Positions 18,859-26,845 of a DNA stretch of 64,000 nt are shown here, one piece after another; the stretch's first letter is position 1; each line of letters starts with the position of its first letter. The notes beneath the pieces were generated by a model, which was not told where the DNA came from, did not search any database, and saw nothing but the letters and a program-made list of their open reading frames with translations. Source of the DNA: Candidatus Nanoarchaeia archaeon. GTDB lineage: Archaea; Nanobdellota; Nanobdellia; CSSed11-243R1. The stretch is from NCBI GenBank assembly GCA_028713895.1, contig JAQTNH010000001.1, positions 661,376 through 725,375 of the forward strand. Reading direction: 5' to 3'. The position numbers and the translations under genes were made by a program.

Positions 18859-19470
18859 TTGCTATCAGATACCATGGGAACGTGCATAAAAGCGCTGAAA
18901 AGCTATGAAGCTAAGCTAAAGATAAAAAAGAAAGGAGTTACCATAACTATTTCAGGGCAGTCTGGCTCAGGAAAATCAACAATAGCAGACGCAATTGCAA
19001 AAGCATTCCATCTGAAGCATGTCAATGTCGGAGACATATTCAGAAGCATCGCAAAAAAGAAAAAGGTCAAGCTTGAGACACTTTCTGAAACTGTGGGCAG
19101 GAAAATTGATTTTGAAGCAGACAAAAAGACACTTGAGCTTGCTAAAAAAGGAAAAGTCCTGCTCAATGGGAGGCTTACTGCGTGGGTTGCGGGAGACAAT
19201 GCTGATGTGAGGATATTTGTTGACTGTGACATAAATGTGCGCGCAAAAAGGGTTGCTCTGCGGGACAATAAAACAGTTGCACAGGCAAAAAAAGACCTTA
19301 TCAAGCGGGACAAAAATGATGCAAGACGCTACAAACATGTATACGGCTTCAACATTGCAGACAAACGGATTTATGACTTAATAATCGACAACACCAAAAT
19401 GAAGTTTAGCGAAGCGAAAAAGAAACCAGTACAGATGGTAAAACAGCTGCTGGCAGGGATGACTTGTTAG
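18859..19470 (+). CDS. cmk: cytidylate kinase (archaeal type)
   Basis: P-loop ISGQSGSGKSTIA and overall archaeal CMP kinase length. There is a short N-terminal extension, so the start is uncertain. Confidence 0.8.
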   Translation: MLSDTMGTCIKALKSYEAKLKIKKKGVTITISGQSGSGKSTIADAIAKAFHLKHVNVGDIFRSIAKKKKVKLETLSETVGRKIDFEADKKTLELAKKGKVLLNGRLTAWVAGDNADVRIFVDCDINVRAKRVALRDNKTVAQAKKDLIKRDKNDARRYKHVYGFNIADKRIYDLIIDNTKMKFSEAKKKPVQMVKQLLAGMTC

Positions 19471-19471
19471 A

Positions 19472-20233
19472 ATGGGAAAATATTTTTTGGATACTGTAAA
19501 AAAAGTAATCAAGACTGTAGACCTGATAATTGAGGTAGTTGATGCGAGATTCCCGATGGATTCGCGCAACTTTGAACTGGAAAGGATGATAACCCAGCTC
19601 AATAAAAAGTTCATTGTAGTGATAAACAAAGCAGATTTGGTGCCGGAAGAATTCGCACGATTTGCAGCCAAAAGGATATCCGAAGAGGTTTCATGCACGT
19701 ACATTTCTTCAACAGAACGCCATGGCACCCGGAAATTGTTTGATGCGATAAACCAGCTGAAGCGCGGTGACAGAGTCAAGATTGGCGTAATCGGCTATCC
19801 AAATGTCGGCAAGTCAATGATAATCAACGTCCTGAGAGGAAAGCACTCTGCACCAACAGGGTCAAAACCCGGAATAACCAAAAGTGTGCAGTGGATACGC
19901 ATCTCTCCGGACATAATGCTTTATGATACGCCAGGAGTGGTTCCGCTGAAAGGAAAGAAAGGCGCGTTCCTCAGAGGGGCTATTGATGTGATAAAAGTGC
20001 AGGATATTGAACAGTCTGTTGAGGAAATGCTCGGAGAATTCATCAAAAAAGGCGTTGCAGACAAAGTCGAAGCAAAATATGGCATGCCTCTTACGACTCC
20101 GGATGGATTTCTTGAAGCTTTTGCAAAAAAGTACAATCTCCTGCGGAAAGGCGGAGTTGCTGACACTGAACGCGCTGCAAGGCGAATCTATCATGACTGG
20201 ATTACAGGCAAAATAAAGCTTTGGTGGCTATAA
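19472..20233 (+). CDS. circularly permuted GTPase (YlqF/RbgA/Nog2-like ribosome biogenesis GTPase)
   Basis: G4 (NKADL) precedes G1 (GYPNVGKS) and G3 (DTPG), which is the permuted order. Confidence 0.7.
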   Translation: MGKYFLDTVKKVIKTVDLIIEVVDARFPMDSRNFELERMITQLNKKFIVVINKADLVPEEFARFAAKRISEEVSCTYISSTERHGTRKLFDAINQLKRGDRVKIGVIGYPNVGKSMIINVLRGKHSAPTGSKPGITKSVQWIRISPDIMLYDTPGVVPLKGKKGAFLRGAIDVIKVQDIEQSVEEMLGEFIKKGVADKVEAKYGMPLTTPDGFLEAFAKKYNLLRKGGVADTERAARRIYHDWITGKIKLWWL

Positions 20234-20314
20234 TCACTGGTATTTTTGTCCCTTTTTAGTTATATTTATAAACCACTATTACATTTGCCCTGTCTGACAA
20301 AAAGGTGCTTAACA

Positions 20315-21103
20315 ATGTCAAAAAATCTTGAATCGCTACTAAAAGGAATTGATTTAACAAATACAGATGATGTACTAAATGCTTTTGGAATAATCGACAA
20401 AAAGAGAGAATACATAGACAAAAGAATTGAGAAATTTAAAAAAGAAACTGAAAAAAGAATTGAGAAATTTAAAAAAGAAGCTGAACATATTGAAAAAATC
20501 GACAAAAAAATTCAGGAAGCGGCTTATAAGTTAACTGAAATAACCCCTTTGCATAATTCTAAAAAAATGAATAGCAGGGCAATCCTTTACGTGCTCGGCA
20601 ATGATAATGTTGTATATACGGGAGAGCTGGACCTTGAGAAAGGCAAGTATTTGGTACAAAACGAAAGCACACCCTTGCACTGGGAGTATATTGACTCACC
20701 TAAAATAATAGAAGAACTAGTAAAACAACATAACAAAAGGCTTGGTGGCAAAACCAGTTTTGATATATACTCTGTAAGAAATCCTCTGAACAAGTTGATT
20801 GCACCTGAGCTTGAAAGGTATGCAGCAGCTCAACTTTTAGTGAAGTACTTAAACGAAAATCCCGGACTAAAAGCAAAGCAAGATTTGCAAATGCAGAAGT
20901 ATTTGGAAAACAGATTCCGTTTGCTGAATACACCTTTTAATCCTTTCGGTGATTTGTTTGGTATTGCTGGCGTTGAATTACATGTTGTTGAAGAAGGTCC
21001 AATGACTAAAGAAAAGTACAAACTATGCACTAAACTATGCCCTAAAGAAGAAAAATGCGAATCCTATGTGGCTGCAAAGAAACAATTCGGCGGCAAAAGC
21101 TAA
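20315..21103 (+). CDS. hypothetical protein with an internal 11-aa tandem repeat
   Basis: I prefer the ATG at 20315, with an AAAGGTG SD upstream, over the track start at 20246. It contains KRIEKFKKETE/KRIEKFKKEAE. No family recognised. Confidence 0.4.
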   Translation: MSKNLESLLKGIDLTNTDDVLNAFGIIDKKREYIDKRIEKFKKETEKRIEKFKKEAEHIEKIDKKIQEAAYKLTEITPLHNSKKMNSRAILYVLGNDNVVYTGELDLEKGKYLVQNESTPLHWEYIDSPKIIEELVKQHNKRLGGKTSFDIYSVRNPLNKLIAPELERYAAAQLLVKYLNENPGLKAKQDLQMQKYLENRFRLLNTPFNPFGDLFGIAGVELHVVEEGPMTKEKYKLCTKLCPKEEKCESYVAAKKQFGGKS

Positions 21104-21132
21104 TTATTTCGATTTTTAATAATAAAATGGAT

Positions 21133-21169
21133 TACTGGACATACTGGACAACACCCTAAATTTGATAAA
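21133..21169 (+). promoter_or_regulatory. promoter module copy A: ACTGGACATACTGGACAACACCCTAAATTTGATAAAG
   Basis: Tandem TACTGGACA units abut a TATA-like box, 24 nt before the ATG of the PIN gene. Confidence 0.7.
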
Positions 21170-21193
21170 GCCCGACCACATTATTCTGCATTT

Positions 21194-21601
21194 ATGGTGA
21201 AGCAAGTTCTAGTTGACACGAATGTTTTTATCCATTACAGCGAAGGACAAAAGTATGCATTGACATTCTTTAGCAAAGCAAGATACAGCTCAGAAGTCCA
21301 GATTCATGTCCTGAAAGATGTTTATGCTGAGGCAAGAGTAATGTCCCTTGATTTCCAGAAAATTTACAACCTGATAACTGAACTGCAAAAATGCCAGATT
21401 TACCACAAAGTCGAGCTGGAGGACAGCGAACGCGAATATGCAGAGGAACTAACCCAGAAATGTTTTGAAGAGTTGGGGCACGCTATAGACAGGACAGATA
21501 GACGGATAATTGCTGTTGCCAAGATGAGGAAACTCGAGATATTTTCAAAAGACAAAGATTTGATTAGGATTGCCAGGCTTGAAGGAATCAAAACACTTTA
21601 A
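21194..21601 (+). CDS. PIN-domain nuclease (VapC-like)
   Basis: 135 aa with the N-terminal VLVDTNVFI acidic motif and later conserved Asp/Glu positions. Confidence 0.7.
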   Translation: MVKQVLVDTNVFIHYSEGQKYALTFFSKARYSSEVQIHVLKDVYAEARVMSLDFQKIYNLITELQKCQIYHKVELEDSEREYAEELTQKCFEELGHAIDRTDRRIIAVAKMRKLEIFSKDKDLIRIARLEGIKTL

Positions 21602-21870
21602 GGCATATTTTTTGCATTCTCAAAAATCCATTTTTCATACTCAGCATCGCTCAAACTGCTTGTAATCTTACGCAGCTTTCGCACTGCAGCAACTGCATTC
21701 CTTTCTTTTTTGTAATCTGTCCTGATTTGTGCAATTTTGTACTTGAGCAGAGCATCCCGTATCGCAGCCCTGAAAAAATCAGCCTCATTCAGGAAAGCCC
21801 CCTTTATGCAGCCGCGAACTTCAGTTGCCATGTTCTTTGGCAGCCGCGTGCTTATAATAACCTGTTCCAT
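21598..21870 (-). CDS. ribbon-helix-helix (CopG/Arc-like) DNA-binding protein
   Basis: The beta-strand IISTRLPK followed by helices (ADFFRAAIRDAL) is typical of RHH proteins. I prefer the start at 21870 over 21888 because of the TATA position. Confidence 0.55.
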   Translation of the reverse strand: MEQVIISTRLPKNMATEVRGCIKGAFLNEADFFRAAIRDALLKYKIAQIRTDYKKERNAVAAVRKLRKITSSLSDAEYEKWIFENAKNMP

Positions 21871-21888
21871 GTTTACAATTGTAAACAT
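21869..21888. promoter_or_regulatory. 20-bp perfect palindrome ATGTTTACAATTGTAAACAT at the RHH gene start
   Basis: Read directly. It lies between the TATA-like tatttataaa (21893-21902, minus-strand sense) and the ATG at 21870. Confidence 0.55.
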
Positions 21889-21914
21889 TGTTATTTATAA
21901 ACTTTATTGCGAAT

Positions 21915-21951
21915 ACTGGACATACTGGACAGCACCCTAAATTTGATAAAG
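21915..21951 (+). promoter_or_regulatory. promoter module copy B: ACTGGACATACTGGACAGCACCCTAAATTTGATAAAG
   Basis: 36 of 37 nt are identical to copy A. It sits 21 nt before the alkA ATG, in the divergent spacer shared with the RHH gene. Confidence 0.7.
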
Positions 21952-21972
21952 GCAAATCAATTTTAAAGTTTT

Positions 21973-22575
21973 ATGAAACGTGCTCTTAATCATTTTAAAA
22001 AAGTGGACAAGAAACTGTTTGATGCTGCTAAAAGTATAGCTCTAGAACCTCTTAAGCCACGTAAGCCCAGAGATTACTTCAAAAGCATATGCAGGGAAAT
22101 CATAGGGCAGCAGCTTGCAGGCAAAGTGGCGCGCGTGATTTTTGAAAGGTTTACAGAGCTTTTTCCAGGAAAAAAGATTACAGCGCAAAGAATCCTTGAA
22201 TTCCCTGAGCAGAAGCTGCGAGATGTGGGAATGGCATGGTCAAAAGTCAGGGCAATAAAAGACCTAGCCCAGAAAACAGAAGACAAGACTTTACAATTCA
22301 GAAAAATGGAATCCATGACTAATGGGCAGGTTGTTGAGATGCTGACAAAAGTAAAAGGCATCGGGCCGTGGACTGCAGACATGTTTTTGATGTTCACTCT
22401 CGGCAGAGAGGATGTTTTTTCAGATAAGGACTTGGGGCTCAGGAAAGCAATAATAAAACTTTATGGGTTGGACGAAAAGGTTACAGACAAAGAACTAAAT
22501 GAAATCAGCATGAAATGGTCGCCTTATCGCACTTATGCATGTTTGACATTATGGAAACTAAAGGATGGTGATTGA
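21973..22575 (+). CDS. alkA: HhH-GPD DNA glycosylase (3-methyladenine DNA glycosylase II-like)
   Basis: Helix-hairpin-helix motif VKGIGPWTADMFLMF followed by an Asp-containing loop (FSDKDLGLRKA). Confidence 0.75.
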   Translation: MKRALNHFKKVDKKLFDAAKSIALEPLKPRKPRDYFKSICREIIGQQLAGKVARVIFERFTELFPGKKITAQRILEFPEQKLRDVGMAWSKVRAIKDLAQKTEDKTLQFRKMESMTNGQVVEMLTKVKGIGPWTADMFLMFTLGREDVFSDKDLGLRKAIIKLYGLDEKVTDKELNEISMKWSPYRTYACLTLWKLKDGD

Positions 22576-22939
22576 TGTGTGGATGGGAATGATAATTGAA
22601 GAAAGCCTTGAGGACAAAGCAGTCCTAAAACAAGTAAAAATAGTAAAGACAAAAGAATCCTTTGACGATATAACACAGATGGACTGGCATTTGCACAGTG
22701 TTGAAGTTGAAGACAAGAACATAGACGCTGTTGTCAAGCTTGGAAGCAAATGCATAAAGGAAGGATGGTGGATGGATTTCAGGAAAGGAGATGAAGCCTT
22801 TATTATACTCAAGAACAAAATTTTTAGGATTACTCAAGGCGAGTTAACCAATTCAAAGAAAGCGGAAAAATATGCCATATCTCATGGTGTTGACCCGCGA
22901 CAGGCGGACTTTACAAAATATTTTAGTGGGGAACTATGA
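22565..22939 (+). CDS. hypothetical protein
   Basis: 124 aa. It overlaps alkA by 11 nt and nre by 4 nt, so it is translationally coupled within the operon. Confidence 0.4.
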   Translation: MVIDVWMGMIIEESLEDKAVLKQVKIVKTKESFDDITQMDWHLHSVEVEDKNIDAVVKLGSKCIKEGWWMDFRKGDEAFIILKNKIFRITQGELTNSKKAEKYAISHGVDPRQADFTKYFSGEL

Positions 22940-24144
22940 AGTCTCCAAACATGTGCCTGATGTGCAAAGGTGGAAGGGCGCTGTGCGGAAACCAGAGATG
23001 CCCGCTGCTTAGCAGGGTAGAAGCGCTTCCAAAGATTGCAAGCCAGATGAAAACAAAGGAATTCTTCGGGCCAAGCACATCAATATTTGTCGGGCATGTG
23101 GGATATCCGAGCGTGAATGTCGGGCCAGTCGGGGCGCTGGGATTCAAGGAAAAGATTGATGCGCCAGAGCAATGGTTCGGCATGGAGTACAATGACGTGA
23201 TTGAAATGCGCTCGCTCACTCTTCGCTCAAAAATGTCACAGCATGTCAAGTCAAAATCAAGAATCGTGGAAGACAGCCAGCTCCTTGCAATGGCTGAGAC
23301 TCCAACTGATGTTGAGATGAACTTCAAGAAAGAGCCTAGCTACAAATTCTCGTTCTCTGATATTGTGCAGCCAATGGGGCCGAGCGCGCCGCTTGACAGG
23401 CTGAAAATAATTGACAATGTCCACATCTCCAGAAAAGTGGATTACATTGTGCATGATGACTTGAAATCAGCTGAGCAATGCTATTCAATGTACCAAGTTG
23501 GTGTGGACATCCATAAGGTCATGAACATACTCAGCTCAGGAGCGCTTGGCGTTGAAGAGAACCAGAAAATGGTTCCGACAAAATGGTCAATTACAGCATT
23601 TGACGATATGGTCACTAAAAATTTGTTAGAAGACTTAAGAACCTCATCTGAAATTAAAGAAATTCAGACATTTGAAAGCGAGTATCTTGGGAATCACTTC
23701 ATTATTTTGTTGATTCCTGGTAAATGGGAATTTGAGAATTTCGAGGCTTGGTCTCCAGGTTCAACATGGGCAATGGATGCAAAAGAAACACAAGTAGTTG
23801 GAGAATACGAACCTTTTGAAGGAAGAACGACTTATGCGCAAGGACAGAGCGGTGGTTATTACGCAAGTAGATTTTCAATAGTCGAGTATTTACATAATAT
23901 TAAACGACAAGCTAGAGTTGTTGCATTTAGAGAAATTTCAGAAAAATACGTTGTACCCTTAGGAGTTTGGTTGGTTCGTAGCACTGTTAAACATGCGTTT
24001 GACAGCCATCCAACTAAATTTAATTCTTTGAAAGAGGCATTAAATTTTATTAGTTCTAAACTTAAGTTACCTATGCACAATTATCTGAGAGACAGTAAAA
24101 TTTTACGTCAAACTAGATTACTTGACTTTAACAATTTAGTTTAG
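22936..24144 (+). CDS. nreA: archaeal Nre-family DNA repair protein
   Basis: 402 aa with an N-terminal Cys cluster (CLMCKGGRALCGNQRCP) and later GGYYA and VPLGVW motifs, as I recall them for the Nre family (DUF650/DUF651). This needs a profile search. Confidence 0.55.
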   Translation: MKSPNMCLMCKGGRALCGNQRCPLLSRVEALPKIASQMKTKEFFGPSTSIFVGHVGYPSVNVGPVGALGFKEKIDAPEQWFGMEYNDVIEMRSLTLRSKMSQHVKSKSRIVEDSQLLAMAETPTDVEMNFKKEPSYKFSFSDIVQPMGPSAPLDRLKIIDNVHISRKVDYIVHDDLKSAEQCYSMYQVGVDIHKVMNILSSGALGVEENQKMVPTKWSITAFDDMVTKNLLEDLRTSSEIKEIQTFESEYLGNHFIILLIPGKWEFENFEAWSPGSTWAMDAKETQVVGEYEPFEGRTTYAQGQSGGYYASRFSIVEYLHNIKRQARVVAFREISEKYVVPLGVWLVRSTVKHAFDSHPTKFNSLKEALNFISSKLKLPMHNYLRDSKILRQTRLLDFNNLV

Positions 24145-25413
24145 ATTTGGTCTATACGGTAATTTCCAATCGCTTATGTTCGGATTGAATGTGTATACTT
24201 GGCGTATTATGCTCCCAAACGATTTCTTTTTTCCGAACTTTCCTTTTGTAACTATTATTATATTTGCTTGCTCAAAAATTTTAAGATAATGCGCAATTGA
24301 ATGCGCCCACTTTCCGCCATAGCTTTTAAGATTTTTTGATGTTATGATGCGATTAACTAGTTCATATCTACAACACTCTTTAAGTTCCTTTATTGCATTG
24401 AATACATCTTCAATACAAATTTTGTTACCTGAACCATTTTTAAAAATATTATTTAGTATACATATTGCATCTTTTTCATTGTTTATGCAAGTTTGGAAAC
24501 CATAGACATAGTCATAAAGTTTATACCACTTTTCAGTTTTGGGCTCAAAAAAGTTTAACCAGATTTTTGCTTCGTCTTTTGATAATTTATTGCTCCAGAA
24601 TCTCCAATAGCTCCCGCTTGGCTTGTTCATTAGCGTTATCTTTAGTCCACATAAGTTTAAAATTTCAAAAAGGTCATCTCTAAACTGTTTGCTTACGACA
24701 CATAACTCAACCTGATTTTTTATTCCTACACCTGCCTCAAAACTTAACGCCCCTATTGCGAATGCGTTTCTAAATCTTGATTTTTTAATTATTTCTGGTT
24801 CTCTAACAGTATACACTTTTTCTCCATTAGGAAAATTAAATATTTGAGTTATGTATCTTGTTATTACTTTGTTATGAAATGATATTGCCCATTCATTTTC
24901 ACTTATTTGTTTTATTGAGCCCACTCTTGTTTCAAATATGTTTTCTATCCAAGATTTAAATGCGATTAAATTTGATTTATATCCATCTGAAATACGGAAA
25001 AAATTATCATGTACAGTTCCATCTGCAGCATGGGCTCCCATAACTTTACATAGTTCTGTGTTCAATCCTTTAACTGCCTTAACTGGTTTTGCTACAGAAT
25101 TGTTAATCTTTAAGAATTCAATATTTTCTTGAAACTTGTTTTTGGAGCCATTTGTTAACTTTATCAGGTATTCTATGAAAATCAAAGGAAACCATTCTTT
25201 TTTAAGATAAGCCATTCGTTGAGCATTTGAATTAGACACATGAAGCTCTTTTTCTATTAGTCTAAACAGTTTATATTGTGAGATCCCCTTTTCCTTAAGC
25301 GACTTAATCATAATGTTTAGTTCTGTTTTAACATTTTTACCTTTGCAAACTATCCAACCTCTTGCTTTGATATCCCTTGAGTAATCCTGTAATTTGAACA
25401 AGTCAATTTCCAT
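24136..25413 (-). CDS. LAGLIDADG-like protein with N- and C-terminal HTH-like extensions
   Basis: Motifs LCKVMGAHAADGTV and FAIGALSFEAGVGI lie about 100 aa apart, and the second is degenerate. The gene is AT-rich and overlaps the nre stop by 9 nt, convergently. Confidence 0.6.
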   Translation of the reverse strand: MEIDLFKLQDYSRDIKARGWIVCKGKNVKTELNIMIKSLKEKGISQYKLFRLIEKELHVSNSNAQRMAYLKKEWFPLIFIEYLIKLTNGSKNKFQENIEFLKINNSVAKPVKAVKGLNTELCKVMGAHAADGTVHDNFFRISDGYKSNLIAFKSWIENIFETRVGSIKQISENEWAISFHNKVITRYITQIFNFPNGEKVYTVREPEIIKKSRFRNAFAIGALSFEAGVGIKNQVELCVVSKQFRDDLFEILNLCGLKITLMNKPSGSYWRFWSNKLSKDEAKIWLNFFEPKTEKWYKLYDYVYGFQTCINNEKDAICILNNIFKNGSGNKICIEDVFNAIKELKECCRYELVNRIITSKNLKSYGGKWAHSIAHYLKIFEQANIIIVTKGKFGKKKSFGSIIRQVYTFNPNISDWKLPYRPNLN

Positions 25414-25523
25414 TTTAAATCACCGAGCCGACTTGGGCGAAGATTGTTTATGAAGTTTTAGCGAAGCGACACGAAGTGGAAAACTCAATAAACAAGCTGA
25501 GCCAGGCTCACAGGTGATTTAAA
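25414..25523 (-). repeat. 110-nt imperfect inverted repeat (long hairpin or MITE-like element) abutting the start codon
   Basis: 11-bp terminal stem TTTAAATCACC/GGTGATTTAAA, then a 3-nt bulge, then further stems of 5, 8 and 6 bp. It is flanked by TTTAAA at both ends. Confidence 0.6.
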
Positions 25524-25549
25524 AGGAATAATACTATATGGGTTTGTCG

Positions 25550-25583
25550 GGGTGCTGTCCAGTTTGTCCACTATGTCCAGTAA
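25550..25583 (-). promoter_or_regulatory. promoter module copy D (three units: ACTGGACA TAGTGGACA AACTGGACA GCACCC)
   Basis: The reverse complement of 25550-25583 matches the repeat core of copies A-C. It lies upstream of the LAGLIDADG-like gene. Confidence 0.55.
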
Positions 25584-25639
25584 TCGACACTAAATTGTGC
25601 TTCTAAAAGCTTAAATTTAAGAGCATATTTCTTTAATCT

Positions 25640-25861
25640 ATGAAACTAAATGTGAGGGCAATTCCGAATGCATCAATGAATCTTGTTGAGACACAGCTCA
25701 ACGGCTCGCTCAAGGTCAAGCTCACTGCAGTTCCGCAGAAAGGAAAGGCAAATGCCATGCTGACTGAAGTCCTTGCAAAGCATTACAATGTCAAAAAATC
25801 AAAAGTGCATGTTCTTAAGGGAGCCACTTCAAAGGACAAGCTTGTTGAGGTTGAACTATGA
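25640..25861 (+). CDS. DUF167 (YggU-like) protein
   Basis: 73 aa with the pattern LKVKLTAVPQKGKAN..L...LAK......S.V.VLKGATSKDK. Confidence 0.8.
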   Translation: MKLNVRAIPNASMNLVETQLNGSLKVKLTAVPQKGKANAMLTEVLAKHYNVKKSKVHVLKGATSKDKLVEVEL

Positions 25862-26841
25862 ATTCTATTTTTAGTCTGATAATCCTTTTTGCAGCACTTT
25901 TGTTCATGCTGTTCATCGTAGTCAAATCGTCAGGATATGTCGTGAAATATGGTATCAGACTGGCGAAAAACTTCAATATCAGTGAAGCAATACTGGGTGT
26001 TGTCATAATCTCTGTTGCAACATCACTCCCTGAGTTTGGACTCGCGGTGAATGCAATGATATCCGGAGGGGAATTAATCAATGTATCAATTGGAGACATT
26101 TTTGGCGCGAATATAGCAGACTTGACACTTGTTTTAGGAATAGCTGCAATAGCCACCCCAATAATCATACGCAAAAAATTATTTCAGGACCTGTCTGGGA
26201 TACTCTTTTTGACAGCGCTTTTTCCAATCTTGATTATAGCAATCCCTCATAGCAGATTTGTAGGCTTTTTGCTCTTGGCAGCATATATTATCTTTACCGT
26301 TAATATGTTCAGACGAAGAAAAGAAATCGAACATCCTGCCGAAATTGTGACTGATATGCCTAACAAACAGTTTAAAACAAATTTTTATAATATTTTAGGT
26401 TTTGTTTTGGCTATTGCTACCTTACTAGTTGCTGCACATTTTGCGCTTCTTTCAGCATCAAGCATAGCAGAACATCTTGGCCTTGCGAAATCATTCATCG
26501 GCGCAACAATAGTTGCTTTTGGGACAACCCTCCCAGAACTTTCTGTTTCGGTGCAGGCCGCAATAAAACGCAAGTTTGATATCGCACTTGGAAACGCCAT
26601 AGGTAGTGCGATAGCTAATCTGGGTCTAATACTTGGGTTAATCCTGATTATACGACCTGTCATAGTAAATGTACCAATCTTTTCTGTTTTATCCACTGCG
26701 CTTATTGCTGCAGTAATCTTTGTCTGGTATTTTATATCAGACGGAAAACTTGCCAGACGAGAAGGCGGCATACTGCTGGCAGGTTACGCATTGTTCATGA
26801 TAATTATGACAATAACTGCTTTAATTGCAGGAAAGGTATAG
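25858..26841 (+). CDS. Na+/Ca2+ exchanger family (CaCA, YrbG-like) antiporter
   Basis: 327 aa with two alpha-repeat motifs (ATSLPE and GTTLPELSVS) and about 10 TM helices. Confidence 0.8.
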   Translation: MNSIFSLIILFAALLFMLFIVVKSSGYVVKYGIRLAKNFNISEAILGVVIISVATSLPEFGLAVNAMISGGELINVSIGDIFGANIADLTLVLGIAAIATPIIIRKKLFQDLSGILFLTALFPILIIAIPHSRFVGFLLLAAYIIFTVNMFRRRKEIEHPAEIVTDMPNKQFKTNFYNILGFVLAIATLLVAAHFALLSASSIAEHLGLAKSFIGATIVAFGTTLPELSVSVQAAIKRKFDIALGNAIGSAIANLGLILGLILIIRPVIVNVPIFSVLSTALIAAVIFVWYFISDGKLARREGGILLAGYALFMIIMTITALIAGKV

Positions 26842-26845
26842 CTCA

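Noticed and set aside
25440-25500. A C/D box sRNA inside the 25414-25523 element
   Set aside because: It has only a CUGA-like box and a poor C box (AUGAAG), with no C' or D' pair at the proper spacing. The inverted-repeat interpretation explains the sequence better.
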